Below the pieces are notes generated by a model that worked only from the letters and a program-made list of their open reading frames with translations, was not told the DNA's origin and did no database searches. From assembly GCF_963921235.1 (NCBI RefSeq), contig NC_086109.1:14758001-14822000 (forward strand): 64,000 bases of DNA, in the 5' to 3' direction. A program made the position numbers and the translations under genes. Shown here in pieces: positions 25,307-38,348 of this stretch. Position 1 is the stretch's first letter. Each line of letters starts with the position of its first letter. This stretch comes from Mobula hypostoma (Eukaryota).

Positions 25307-26080
25307 CAGTGGATTCTTGTTAATTGGGCAATCAGTTAATCAGGGCAGCCACTTGTTTGGGACAACTTTTAAAGAACAAAATCTAATCTAGAAAATAGTT
25401 TGGATTCCCTTTGTTTATTTGTGACACTATGCCGCTTAATTGGGGCAGGAGACTGTTGCTGAACAGCTTCTAACTAGCGTTAGTCACATACACTTGTGTG
25501 GCTGTTGGACTCTACACTAGAGGGAACAGTTTTTAAATAGCATCAGTTACGTGTTTATATGTTCAAAAAGCAGTGATTTTTGTCACTGATACGCTGGGGG
25601 GGGGGGCCAGAAATAAGCAGTAAGACCATTGAGAATTATTTTGCTCACTTGCGTTTTCAAGGGCTCAGGCTTGGAGATGCCAGAAGCGGCCAGGAGCAAA
25701 AACGAAATGATTTCACTAGTTCAACAAGTCAGGTACTACAAAGAATTTGAAACTATCAAAAATCATCTTGACTGTTACAGTGAAAGTGAAAGTTTGGAGG
25801 ATATAATCATCGATAGTATTATCTGATGGCTCTCATGGTGTCCATTATCTACACTTTGTTCATTTACAATCATTCAAAAAAACACATACACTGAATAAAT
25901 TTCTTCGTCAATAACTATTAGGAACTAACTCACAACTTTATAGTATTTGGTAGTATTCTAATTGGTTCTGTATTTCATTTAAATACATAATTTGATGCTC
26001 AGTTAAACGATAGTTCATCTTTTTTTAATATAGATTTTTAACCATTTCCATGAAACTTCAGCTAATTGGGGCAGCTGTCT
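25307..26080 (+). mobile_element. Tigger/pogo-like DNA transposon relic
   Basis: TA|CAGTGGATTC...TTAATTGGG start with internally repeated TTAATTGGGGCAG. A homologous copy lies at 61590-61925. Confidence 0.55.
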
Positions 26081-26825
26081 TTTGCCTAATACTACACTGC
26101 ATGACGGACAAGCATTTGAAGGTGATTGGCGCCTTTTTTTTTAACACAGTGTTGTAAGTGCCTGGGACACATGGCCAAGGATGGTAGTAGTGGAGGCAGA
26201 TATGTCAGGGATATCTAAGAAACTCTTAGACAGACACGTGGATGAAAGATAAATGGAGGGCCATGTGGGAAGGGTTAGGTTGATTTTGGAGTAGGTTACA
26301 AGGTTGGCACAACATTGTGGGCTGAAATGCCTTGTAAGGTGCTGTATGGTTCTATCTTCTATGACTTGCCTCCATTCAGTGTGTGTGTGTGTGAGATAAT
26401 TTGGTTACAAGGACCAGTACTTCACTACAAGATACTGGAGAGCAGGTATATAAACCACAATCTCACTCCTGGAATGGCAAGTGAGCAGAAATCAACGCTC
26501 TACCACAAAAATCCTGGGTACAGGTCTCAAAAATCAACTGACAAGCAAAGCAGAGCATCAACCATTAATAGTCCATGGTAATTACCCTCCAGCTTTCCAT
26601 CCCCAGTCCTGACCCTTCCTGGAAAATTCCCCGAATGTGAATATCAGAATTGGGTTCAAATGATAGGCAGCCCAAACTCAAGTAGCTGATCAATAATAGA
26701 AGCCGAAATATTAGAAGACATAATCTTGCCAAAGAGAGACACTGAGATCAAAAGTATTCTTGCACGGGGTGGGGGGGGGGAACTGACTCGGGCGAGTCAG
26801 GGTTAAAATAAGTCTTTTTACTCAC

Positions 26826-26883
26826 TTAATGAAATAGGTGGCGCCTTCAAAGGTGAATCCTTGCTCCCACCCACGAGGAAGTC
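26826..26883 (-). CDS. PLEKHA6: PLEKHA6-like coding exon 3 (first half of WW2)
   Basis: Acceptor ...aaccccag; 58 nt encoding (G)LPRGWEQGFTFEGATYFI plus AA; donor GTGAGT. Resembles PLEKHA7 DLPRGWEEGFTEEGASYFI. Confidence 0.88.
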
Positions 26884-27006
26884 CTGGGGTTCATTATATA
26901 TATATATATATAAAATACAAAACACTGTATTTAGAAGTCGCGACGAACAATAACAACTTTTAAAAAAGGATATCAGCGCGTCAACACCTTGCTGCCATTG
27001 CTTTAC

Positions 27007-27083
27007 CTGGGCGGCGCCGGTGTCCGGTCCGAAGCGGCCGTCCCGTTTCGGGATGAAGCCAGCTGGTGGAATGGGTCAAATCG
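27007..27083 (-). CDS. PLEKHA6: PLEKHA6-like coding exon 2 (end of WW1 and linker)
   Basis: Acceptor ttctcttggttttgtag; 77 nt encoding (D)DLTHSTSWLHPETGRPLRTGHRRRP; donor GTAAAG. Phases 2/1 fit the flanking exons. Confidence 0.88.
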
Positions 27084-27199
27084 CTACAAAACCAAGAGAA
27101 GATTTAATGAATGAAAGTGTGTTTGGAAGTTGTGAATTAACTGGTGCTTTTCCTGTTGCGACTGCAAAGGAGGTGGCTACAGAGTAACAAATACTCAAC

Positions 27200-27264
27200 T
27201 CTATGAAAAACAGGCGGCCGTCCCGCGTTACACCGTAATTCCAGGGCTCGGGTAGGTTCTCCAT
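27200..27264 (-). CDS. PLEKHA6: WW-domain PLEKHA gene (probably PLEKHA6), coding exon 1 (start of WW1)
   Basis: MENLPEPWNYGVTRDGRLFFI plus GA (phase 2), donor GTTGAG at 27199. Matches the PLEKHA5/6/7 WW1 start. Paralog assigned from adjacency and same orientation to PPP1R15B, as in mammals. Confidence 0.8.
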
Positions 27265-28164
27265 TTGACCCGGGTGCTCTGGGATTCCTGTGGAAACGGT
27301 GGGGTGAGAGAGGTGGGCGGCTCTCCTCCTTTTTCTTCCCTCTCTGGATCTTGCTTCCTAGTGTGAAAGGATAGGCGAGCATTCGGGATCAACGCCCACA
27401 GTAGGCGCTGTTCCCGAGGTTGGAACCCTGCCTCCCTCGGCTCCCTGCAGTGACCAGGCGCGGGGAGGGGAGGGTCGGGTCTGTGACAGGAGGGCTGGTG
27501 ATTCAGATGGGAGTTGGGGAAGACGGGAGGAGGGGAGGGATCTTGGTTCGGTGGTGCTGGAAGCACTGGTGCTGTGGGAGATGGGTGATGAGAGGGATTT
27601 GGATGGTATTGGGAGGGGTGGTGGAGTTGAATGGCGTTGGGGGAAATTGCAGGAAGGAATTTGGATAGGAATGTCACGGAGCACTGCAGCACAGAAGCAA
27701 GATCTTCGGCCCATCTAGTCCGTGCCGACCTGTTTTTCTGCCCACACCTGGATCATACCTGGATCTCCAAACTTTTCTTGCAATTGAACCCGCATCCACC
27801 ATTTCTGCTCGCTCTACAGTCGCACCACACTGAGAGAAGCAGTTTCCCCTCAGATTCCCCTTAAATACTTCACATTTCATCCTAAACCTATGTTTTAATC
27901 ACACCCAACCTCCGGGGAAAGAAACATAAAAGTGGTCATATTTTTCTTATTCCTCAGTTCCACCCACATAGCCTCGGTATGTCGTCTCCGGGCACTGTCA
28001 TGATACAATTAATCTATCATGTTTAAAACATTAGAATCCCAGAACACTGAGTTGCCAGTCCTTCCCCCTCCACGGCCAAGTCTTGACTACTGGTTACATC
28101 ATAATTCCACATGCTTATCACTCTCTGCGTTCATCTGCCTAACCTGCAATGCTCATTGCATTGA

Positions 28165-29045
28165 AATAAGACCATATAGGAGCAGAAGTAGGCCATTTGG
28201 CCCATCGAGTCTACTCCACCATTCAACATGGCTGATCCATTTTTCCTCTCGGCCCCGATCTCCTGCCTTCTCCCCGTATCCTTTCATGCCCCGACTGATC
28301 AAGAATCTGTCAACCTCTGCCTTAAGTACACAACACACACTCCTCAGCCTTTCAATTTCCACCTTTGTATGTAGATTTAACGTCTACTTTCCCAGAGACA
28401 CTCTAATTGTTGGACCTGTCACACTGGTTCCCATTCCCCTGCAACTCTAGTTTTAAACCCCGGAACAGAACGAGCAAACGTTCCTGCTTGGATATTGGTG
28501 TCCCTCCAGTTCAGGTACAAACTGCCCCATTTATCTGTGATCGCTTCCCTCCCAATATCTACCAGCTCAGTCATCTCCAAGGTAGCGCACTTGGGGTTCG
28601 ATTCCCGCCACTGTCTGTACGTACCCCCCCCCCCCCCCCCCCGCTGCATGGGTTTCCTCCCACATTCAAAGGGTTATCATTAGTAAGTTGTAGGCACGCT
28701 ACGGTGACAGTTGCGGGCTGCCCTCGGCAATCTTCAGACTGTGTTGGTCATTGATGCAAAAGGCACATTTCACTATATGTTTTAATGGCATTCTAAACTC
28801 CAGCGAGTACAGGCCCAGAGCCACCAAACACTCCTCACGCGTTAACCCTTTCATTCCTGGAATCACTCTCTTGAACCTCCTCTGGACCCTCTCCAATGTC
28901 GGCACATCCTTTCTTAGACATGGGACCCAAAACTGTTCACCATACTCTAAATGTGGTCCAACCAATGCCTTATAAAATCTCAGCATTACATCCTTGCCTT
29001 TATACTCTAGTCCTCTCAAGGTGAATGGAAACATTGCAATTGCCT
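28165..29045 (-). mobile_element. CR1 fragments (28165-28325, 28790-29045) with an intervening V-SINE (+, 28580-28790)
   Basis: YKALVGPHLEYGEQFW...LERVQRRF, a CR1 3' end and a V core. Confidence 0.65.
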
Positions 29046-30309
29046 TCAGATGCTGGGATCTGGAGAAGCAATGAATGTGCCAGAAAAAAAGCTGGGCAAG
29101 TCGAGCAGCATCTGTGGTGGTGTGGGTGGGGGAAGGAATCGTTGGCATTTTCAGGTCTGAGAGAGGTGGGGAGAGATGGCCAGTGAAAGTGCTGGTGACA
29201 TATAAAGCTAATAGAGCCCTAGGTAATGAGGACAGTACTGGATTCACAGCATTGTTGCAATTGCTTCAATACTAATTCTCATATTTCTTTATGAGAAATG
29301 GCCATTCAGTCCATCAACTCTCTGCTGATTTTCAAAACAATATCCTCATTCCATTCCTCGTCTATTTTCTCTCTCACAGATTCTAGCACCAGTAGCCCTT
29401 TTGTGTTCCTGCTTATCTTCACTCATTTCAACTCTGAACTGATTCCACACTCTACGGACAAACTTTCAAGGAAATACACACACATACCAAATGCTGGAGG
29501 AACTCAGCAGATCAGGCAGCATCCATGGAAATGAGTAGAGAGTCAATGTGTCAGGCTGAGACCCTTCTTCAGGACTTCCAAGGATTCCACAACTCGTGTT
29601 CTCAGTATTTATTTACTGAATTATTATCTGCGCTTTGCCTTCATCAGGCAGGAGGGACTAAAATCTGAAGACCCATGCCACCAGGTTCAAGAACAGCTAC
29701 TTCCCTTCAACCATTCAGCTCTTGAAGCAACCAGCACAACCCGAACACTGAAGTTTAGCAGCACTATGACCACTTTGATTACTTTGTACTAAAATGAACT
29801 TGATTGTACTAATTATGTACTTTCTTGTAAAAACTGTGTATATTTTATGTCCTTGCTTTTCTTGAGAATGCTGCTCATCTGATGCTCTGTACCTGTGATG
29901 TCGCATGCAGAAGTACTTTTTTTCATCTCAACAGGACATGCACATGACAATCATGGACTCAGGGCCTCAAGCCGCGGTGTTGCCTGTTTACAGCCACCGG
30001 GAGAGAGGCATTGGAGCCACTATGCTCCACCAGGGGGCAGTGTGGCAAGGTATCCAGGCTGGAGTCGGTGCTGCCCCCGGTGTTTGCTTGGCAGAAGATA
30101 ATCTGTATTGTTGTCGACTGTAGATTATTGTGGCATTCATGGACTCAGGGTCTGATTTTATTTTGGCGTGGTTGCTATATTTTGTTGCTATCTTACATGT
30201 GCAGTGTGTGATTGTTGGTACTGTGTTTCACAGCTTGGCCCTGGAGTAATGCTGTCTCGTTTGGCTGTATTCAAGGATGGTTAAATGACAATTAAACTTG
30301 AATTGTGTA

Positions 30310-30545
30310 AGACCATAACACATAGGAAGAGAATTAGGCCATTCAGCCCATCAAGTCTGTTCTCCCATTCAATCATGGTTGATTTATTATCCCTTGCAAT
30401 CCATTCTCCTGCCTTCCCCCCATAACCATTGATGCCCTTACTAATCGAGAAACTATTTACCTCCACTTTAAATATACCCAATGACTTGGCCTTCAAAGCC
30501 ATCTGTGGCAATGAATTCCACAGATTCACTACCCTCTGGCTAAAT
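30310..30545 (-). mobile_element. CR1 3' end
   Basis: FSQRVVNLWNSLP motif and a short-repeat tail. Confidence 0.7.
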
Positions 30546-32218
30546 TTGACTTTGACATTGACTTTGAAGTGACAGTTCTTTGTCTCACTGTCTCTGCCTC
30601 TCTCTCTCAATCTCTTGACATCGCTCTCTCACCACCCCTCTTTCAACGTCTTTTTCATAATATCCTTCCCACAGCCATTCCAGAAAAACAAAATTAATGT
30701 AGGCTTAAGCCTTTATCTCATTCTTGTGGGTCAGATGTTATTGCCAAAAGCTGACTATCAATAGCAGGTCTCACATTTCCTCACGACCTAGAAGGAAGCC
30801 CAAATAAAAGTCACCGACCTTCAGAAATAACTTTGTTAAAAACAATTTTTCTCTGTGCTTTCTGAGGTATTACATTTCAATAAGACATTGAAGAAATGTA
30901 ATTATTATGCCAAACTTTAGAACTGTTGTGTCCTGTTTTGAGAATCAATGTCACTTAGGTACAAAGAGGGAGAATTTTTTTATACTTTCAAACACAGTAG
31001 ATATTAGGCCCAGGAGTACCCTTCCTAAAATGCCAACAAATATTTTCAAGGAAAATAAATGTTTAAAGATGGATGTGTTTTCAAGTTATGAAGAAAAGAC
31101 AAGGACCGACTGGACTTTTCTTCTAGGTTTGGTGCAACACATTGAAATACCCTTATCAATGCTACAACATTTATTAACACAAGATTCTGTGATGCAGGAA
31201 ATCCAGAGTAATGCATGCACAAAATACTGGAGGAACTCAGCAGGTCAAGCAGCTTCTGAGGAAAGGAATAAAGTGCTGACGTTTTGAGTTGAGACACTAC
31301 ATCAGGAGAAGAGAATGCAGAGCTCCTCCAGCATTTTGTGTATGCTAAATATACAGAATCTATTACTCCTTCATCATTATTTCTCACATGGAATGGGAAT
31401 CAGACTGGGGAGTAACATTAATCAGTGTGAGCTCTATCTCTCTCCGTCCTTAAATTGGAAATTCAGTTCAATTCAATTTAAGTTTAATTGTCGTACAACC
31501 ATTCATGAATGCAGCCAAATAAGACAGCATTACTCCGGGGCCAAAACAGAGAACCAACAGTCACACGGCACAAAGCACAGATAGCATATACAAGATATCA
31601 GTAAGATACAGCCACACAGATAACTGCAGTCGACCACAATACAGCTTGTCTTCTGCTGAGTGAACACTAGGGGGCAACACTGGCTCCAGTCTGGATGCTG
31701 CGCCACACCACCTCTGACACTCCTCTCCTGACGGCTGTAAACAGTCGATTCTTTATCTTCACCCCGGTCAGCGATGAGTCAGAAAAACATTGTGGTGTCA
31801 CAGCATGGAAGAAGGCTCTTTGACTCAAGCGGTCTATGCTGACCGTCCATCCAGCTAGTCCTAACTTCCTGCATTTGGCCCATAACCCCTCAGAACACCA
31901 TTTAGTAAGTAGCAATAGCAGCATATAGTAGTAAGTCCCACTTCATCCCACTTGGATCCTATTGCTTTGGAAGTCAAGAATAAGGTATAAAACTTATTGC
32001 TTATGGTTGCTTTATTAAGTGAGAACAAAAGAATAGAGTAGGCTGAAAAGTAGTTGTGGTCTTCTCTTACCAGACTAGAGATAAACTGAAATTCCATTGA
32101 TAACAGTTAACCAACAAAATAGCCAGATGCAAATAATGTGACACTTGCCACTGAAACCAAGAAGAGTCCAGAAAAATACAGAGGCAACTGCACTGCAACC
32201 ACTGAACAATTACACTTA

Positions 32219-32763
32219 CACTCAGTGGCCACAGAATTAGGTACACCGGCTTGTTAATCAACCAATCACGTGGCCGAAGCTCAATGCATAAAAGCATGCA
32301 GGCATGGTCAAGAGGTTCACTTCTTGTTCAGACCAAACATCAGAATGGGAGGAAGAAATGTGATCTAAGTGACTTTGACCGTGGAATGATTGTTGTTGCC
32401 AGACAGGGTGGTTTGAGTATCTCAGAAACTGCTGATCTCCTGGGATTTTCACACACAACAGTCTCCAGAGCCTACAGAGAATGGAGTGAATTTTTTTTAA
32501 AAAACATCCAGTGAGCAGTAATTCTGTGAACGAAATGCCTTGTTCATGAGGGAAGTCAGGGGAGAATGGCCAGACTGGTTCAAGCTGACAGGAAGGCGAC
32601 AGTAACTCAAATAAGTACAGGTCGTGTGCAGAAGAGCATCTCTGAATGCACAGCACAGCAGACCTTGAAGTGGTTGGGCCACAGCAGCAGAAGGTCATGA
32701 ACGTACACTCAGTAACCACTCTATTAGGTACAGGAGGTACATTTATAAAGTGGCCTCTGAGTG
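32219..32763 (+). mobile_element. Internally deleted Tc1/mariner element
   Basis: TA|CACTCAGTGGCCAC at the left and GTGGCCTCTGAGTG at the right as TIRs. HTH remnant KKCDLSDFDRGMIVVARQGGLSISETADLLGFSHTTVSRAYREW. Confidence 0.8.
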
Positions 32764-33269
32764 CGTATAGAAGATTATATAAAAATACAAGCAAACATAG
32801 GAAAGTTAAATTACAAGAAAATAGAAGAAAAATGACAATTCTACAATCCAGCAAACCCAAACCTTTCACTGTCCTCTCTGTGTTTTCCTTTCTGTAACAA
32901 TAAATAAGCTTTGCATTTGTACAGGAAAATAGAGCTATTGTTCGTGTCATTACAAAGGAATAATGACACTTTCTGTGGCTCAGCAGTGATCACCAGATCA
33001 CAAGATTGGTGAATGGAAATAGTCTTCCCAGTTTAACATATAAAAACTCTTCACAATTTTAAATCTGTCAGAACTCAACTTAACCTTCTTCTCAATGAAG
33101 GATTCTGATTCTTCAGTAAATTTCTTCTGTATTTTTTGCATACGCCTCCCAAAGAAGGGCATAAACATGGTTTTATTCCATTTAATAAATATTAGGAAGC
33201 ATATTAATCAACAGTAAAAAAACACACACACAGATTCTGGAAAGACAAAACAGAAAGATTCAGTATGTA

Positions 33270-34930
33270 AGAACCCCAGGACTCTGAAAGAGGTACAGTA
33301 GCTGAAGAGATTGTGGAGGCATTTGTAATGATCTTTCAAGAATCACTAGATTCTGGAATGGTTCTGGAGGACTGGAAAATTGCAAATGTCACTCCATTCT
33401 TTAAGAAGGGATGGAGGCAGAAGAAAGGAAGTTATAGGGCAGTTAGCCTGACTTCAGTGGCTAGGAAGATGATGGAGTCTATTTACTTATTATATACTTA
33501 TCTATTTTTTTTTCTCTCTTCTTCTATATTTTGTATTGCTTTGAACTGCTGCTGCTAAGTTAACAAATTTCACAACACATGCCAGTGATAATAAACCTGA
33601 TTCTGATTCTGATTATTAAGGATGAGATTTCAGGGTACTTGGAGGCACATGATAATAGGTACCAAAGCCAGCATTGTTTCCTTAAGGGGAAATCTTGTCT
33701 GACAAATCTGTTGGAATTCTTTGAGGAAATAACAGGCAGGATAGATAAAGGATAGTTAGTTGATGCTGTTTACTTGAATTCTTAGAAGGCCTTTGACAAA
33801 GTGCTGCACATGAGACTACTTAACAAGATAAGAGTCAATGATATTACAGGAAAGATACTAGCATGGATAGAAAATTGGCTGATTGTCAAGAGGCAAAGAG
33901 ACAGAATAAAGGGAGCATTTTCTGGTTGGCTGCCGGTGACTAGTGGTGTTCCACAGGTGTCAGTATTGGGGCCATTTCTTGTTATGTTATACGTTAATGA
34001 TTCAGATGACAGAATTGATTGATTTGTGTCCAAGTTTGCAGATGATACAAAGGTAGGAGGAGAGGCAAGTAGTGTTGAGTAAGCAGGGAGTCTGCAGAAG
34101 GACTTGGAGAGATTGGGAAAATGGGAAAAGAAGTGGCAGATGGAATACAATGCAGGGAATTGTATGGCCATGCACATTAGTAGATGAAATAAAGGTGTAG
34201 ACTATTTTCTGAACGGGCAGAAAATTAAATAACCCAAGGTGCAAAGGGAGCTGGGAGTCCTTGTGCAGCATTCCCTAAAGATTAACTTGCAGGTTGAGTC
34301 TGTGGTAAGGAAGGGAAATGCAATGTTAGCATTCATTTTGAGAAGACCAGAATAGAAGAGCAAGAATGTGATGGTGAGGCTTTGTAAGACATTGGTCAGA
34401 CTGCACTTGGAGACTTGTGAGCAGTTTTGGGTCACTTATCTAAGAAAATATGTGCTGGCATTGGTGAGGGTCCAGTGGAGGTTCATAAGAATGATTCCAG
34501 GAATGAAAGAGTTAAGTATGAGGCGTGTTTGATGGCTCTGGGCCTGCACTTGCTCAAGTTTAGAAGACTGAGGGGCATCTCATTGAGACCTATCGAATAT
34601 TTTAAGGCCTAGTGGATGTGGAGAGAATGTTTCCTATAGCTGGAGAGTCTAGGATCAGAGGGTACAACCTCAGAATAGAGGGACGTTCATTTAGAAAAGA
34701 GATGAGAAGGAATTTCTTTAGCTAGAGGGAGTGAATCTGTGGAATTCATTGCCACAAACAGCTGCTGAGGCCAAGCCATTGAGTATATTTAAAGTAGAAG
34801 GTAAATAGTTTGATTAGTCAGGGTGTCAAAGGCAGGAGAATAGGGTTGAGAGAGATAATAAATCAAATATGATGGAATAGCAGAGCAGACTTGATGGGCT
34901 GAGTGGCCTAATTCTGCTCCTATGTCTTAT
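33270..34930 (+). mobile_element. Decayed CR1 LINE with a short LINE-tail insertion (about 33481-33612)
   Basis: EDWKIANVTPFFKKG, VTSGVPQVSVLGP and KFADDTK motifs, and a CR1 3' end. Confidence 0.85.
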
Positions 34931-35709
34931 GATCAGGAAACACCTGTGCAAAAGCAAAACAGCTAAACGTTTCAGTCCTAGGGCTCTTTATTAGAACCGA
35001 GCAAAACAAGAGAAAAAACGTTTACTTTAAGTTTCAGAGATGGTGTGGGTGCTGTTCGGGGTGCGGGGGTGGGGGGGGGGGAGGATGAATAGAACAAAGC
35101 AAATATCTCTGATAGGGTGAGGCCAGGACTGCCAACCCAACCTGTGCAGGTCATCTGGTCAAAGGATTAATGGGGGTTGTTGGAGAGAGAGAAAATGAAC
35201 AAAATCCAGGAGGTAAATACAGATAAGGAAGTATAAATAATAGAACATAAAAGGCTATGAAGTGCAGGGCCGCGGGACATACAGTATGCAGTATTAAGAC
35301 AGGAAATCCAATCCAATGCCTGAATTTTAAACAAAAACTTTCCGATGAGGGAATGGCTAATATGAAAGATTTTTATCTTCAGGTGAAGAAATCTAGATTA
35401 AAGAAGCAGGTTCAGGTGTCAGAAATCCTACAGAACTTGTCAATGTATCTGACAGATTCTGGTAATACAGATATTGGGAAACAATCAAAGCTTCCAAGAA
35501 AGAATCTGATCAGTTTTGGCTTAATACGTGTACCATGGCATCTGGTGGCAACATAGATGACTAGGGTTTAAGTGTAGATTTAATAAAGTAGCTGAATAGA
35601 CTTAAATTAATCTAAATTAAAAGTTAATTATTAAAAGTGTTAAATGTTAAAATGTTAAAAATTCTAAAATTTAAAAGTTAAATGTCTAAATTAAAAGTTA
35701 TATTTAATT

Positions 35710-36050
35710 GATGGTCCATCATTAAGGACCCCCACCACCCAGAACATGCCCTCTTCTAATTGTTACCATCGGGAAGGAGGTACAGAAGACTGAAGGCACA
35801 CACTCAGGAATTCAGGAACAGCTTCTTTCCATCTGCCAGTTGATTTCTGAATGGACATTGAACCTATTAACACTACCTCCCTACATTTTATTTCTGTTTT
35901 TGCACTATTTATTTCATTTAACGTACATACAGATACTTACTGTAATTCTGATTTTTTCTCCATATTTATCATGTATTGCATTGTATTACTGCAACAAAAT
36001 TAACAAATTTCATGACATATGCCAGCAATATTAAACCTGATTCTGATGGT
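35710..36050 (+). mobile_element. Rex/Babar-like 3' fragment
   Basis: IIKDPHHP...LPSGRRYR coding remnant and a CTGATT tail. Confidence 0.65.
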
Positions 36051-36189
36051 GATAAAATACCCTTCAAGGATTTTTTCATTTGTGAAGATTTAAAAATCTA
36101 CAATCATATCAAGATGGTGTAAAACCCCTCCTTCAACATGAGAACCTGTGGAAATCTCTTTGCGTCTACCAGCAGGATTTACACCATAA

Positions 36190-36510
36190 AATTGTAAGAC
36201 ACAGGAGCAGAATTATGCCATCCAGCCCATTGAGTCTGTCCATCATTCAATCATGGTTGATCCATTATCCCTCAAAACCCCATTCTCCTGCATTCTCCCT
36301 GTAACCTTTGACACCCCTACTAATCAAGAACCTGTCAAACTCCACTTTAAATATACCCAATGTCTTGGCCTCCAGACCTGTCTGTGGCAATGAATTCCAC
36401 AGATTCATCACCTTCTGGCTGAAAAAGTACCTCCTCGTCTCTATTCCAAACAGATGTCCAAGACTGTGTCCTCTGGCCCTAGATTCTCCCACTATAGGAA
36501 ATATCTTCAC
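36190..36510 (-). mobile_element. CR1 3' end
   Basis: GESRARGHSL...FFSQKVMNLWNSLP. Confidence 0.7.
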
Positions 36511-36714
36511 CAGAAGTTATCTTCAATTCCCTCGGTCGTGATTTAAAACCATATTCCTCCACCCTGCTGATCAAAATTGGTAAAATTGGTAAGTTGGTTT
36601 ATTGTTGTCACCTGTACCAAAGTACTTAGTCCTCCATGCTATTGAGTCAGGTATGATGTTCTTTTAAGGAGTTGTCTATTGGCAGGTCCTCAGTGGGTGG
36701 AGAGGCCAATCTGG

Positions 36715-37900
36715 GAATCAGAATCAGATTTAAAATTACTGGCATACATTGTGAAATTTGCTCTTCTGCAGCGGCAGTACAATGCAATACATAATAACCT
36801 TAAAACAATAAATTACAATATGAAATATATATTAAAAATAATTAAGTAATGTAAAAAGAGGGCAAAAAACACTGAGGTAGTGTTCGTGGTTCATTGTCCA
36901 TTCAGAAATCGCATGGCAAAGAGGAAGAAGCTGTCCCTGAAATGTTAAGTGTGTGTCTTCAGGCTCCTGTACCTCCTTCTTGATGGCAGCAGTGAGAGAG
37001 GGCATGTCCTGGGTGATGGGGGTCCTTACTGATGATGCCACCTTTTTGAGGCATCGTCCTTTTAAAGGTGTCCTCAATGCTGGGGAGGCCGGTGTCTATG
37101 ATGTGTACAACTTTCTGCAACTTTTTTCCGATACTGTGCAATGGCCCCTCCACACCAGACGGTAAGTGTTCTTGGTGGGGGTATAATAGCAGTCAAGTGT
37201 GTTGGCTCCTCTGATTCCACAGGTGACAAGTTGGTGGTAGTTGTTCAGAGACGTTTTCAAGCTGGCCTAGGTGAAATCCCCCACAATGATAGAGAAGGCA
37301 TCGGGGTGCAGTTTTGTGCCTGCTGATCGCAGTGCTTAGCTCCTCCAAAGCCTGTCTGATGTTGCCCTGAGGTGGAATGTACACCACTACCAGAATGATG
37401 GTGGAAAACTCCCTTGGCAGATAAAATGGATGATACCTGACCTCTAGATGTTCCAGGTCAGGTGAGCAGGACCAAGACAGAACTGCCACGTTTGTACAAC
37501 ATAGTAAGTTAATCTAAAAACATTCTCCAACTACTCTACCTTTAAGAGACTCAGCTGTCTTGTCTTTGCAGAGAATGGTGGAGCCATCAGTTTGCAGTGC
37601 TGCATCCAAAGTGACGGGTGTGAGCCATGTTTCCGTAAAGCAAAGTTCACAGCAGTCCCTGATGTCCCTTTGGTATGGCAATCTTGCCCTGAGGTCTTCA
37701 ACTTTATTTTCCAGAGACTGTACATTCACCAGCAGGATAGTTGGTAGTGGAGGATCCAAGGGCTCTGAGCTTCAATTGTACCTGCAGACTGGCTCAGCTT
37801 AAGTACTTCCATTTTCTTAAAAAGGAACTGCACTCACGACACAAGTCTGCCATCCAGGGTTCTTCGATATCGCTAGATTTAAGTATCAATTGATTTTTTT
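36715..37900 (-). mobile_element. Internally deleted Rex/Babar-type LINE (AP endonuclease N-terminus joined to the 3' end)
   Basis: PTILLVNVQSLENK...LCFTETWL and VVVYIPPQ directly upstream of KKLQKVVH...KDPHHPGH and a (CTGATT)n tail. Confidence 0.75.
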
Positions 37901-38348
37901 AAACATCTTAAAACTAGGTTGCTTACTGAAGTAGATCCACATATTCCCCAGAATGTTAGGGAGGGTTCCCTTAATGGAGAACGGCTGTGCGTGACTTTGT
38001 TTAATGGAGGGAGTCTGATGCACAGGCAGCCACCACACTGTCCTTGACAGATCGGGGTCAGCGTCCAGTAGCGTGGAATGCTAGTCAACTGGAGAAGCTT
38101 CACTGCTGCAACCTTCCTCCACCTTCACTGTTGCCGTGATCTTCTGCCAGCTCCACAGTAGATCTCTTGGTCTGGAAAACTTCCCCTTGATCTTACCGCC
38201 ATGGGTGACCCTAAGCGTCAGATGGTTAAACTCCAGACAGCATAGCTCTCAGGATCTCACAAGCCTCTCCACTGCAACAAGATGACAATCGTCGGAGATG
38301 CATGTCGGTACATTGGAATGGTATAAGGGGAAAGCTATAACAGAATTC

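Larger units (their letters stand above)
26940..27560 (-). promoter_or_regulatory. GC/CpG-enriched promoter and 5' region of the PLEKHA gene
   Basis: Local excess of CpG, a GGGCGG box (about 27315) and G-rich tracts around the first exons in an otherwise CpG-poor window. Confidence 0.55.

Noticed and set aside
1..26825. PLEKHA exon 4 or PH-domain exons
   Set aside because: No HN...HP.TG or PH-like exon was found by eye. It is probably beyond the window, though a small exon could have been missed.
27076..27199. C-terminal part of the 62-aa ORF (ELSICYS...)
   Set aside because: Intron read-through; WW homology continues only after splicing to 27083.
27228..27692. Proline-rich 154-aa ORF
   Set aside because: A by-product of G/C-skewed promoter sequence, partly in a CR1 tail and out of frame with the WW exon.
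35595..35710. AT-rich TTAAAA-like repeats as a structured element
   Set aside because: Low-complexity sequence with no consistent period.
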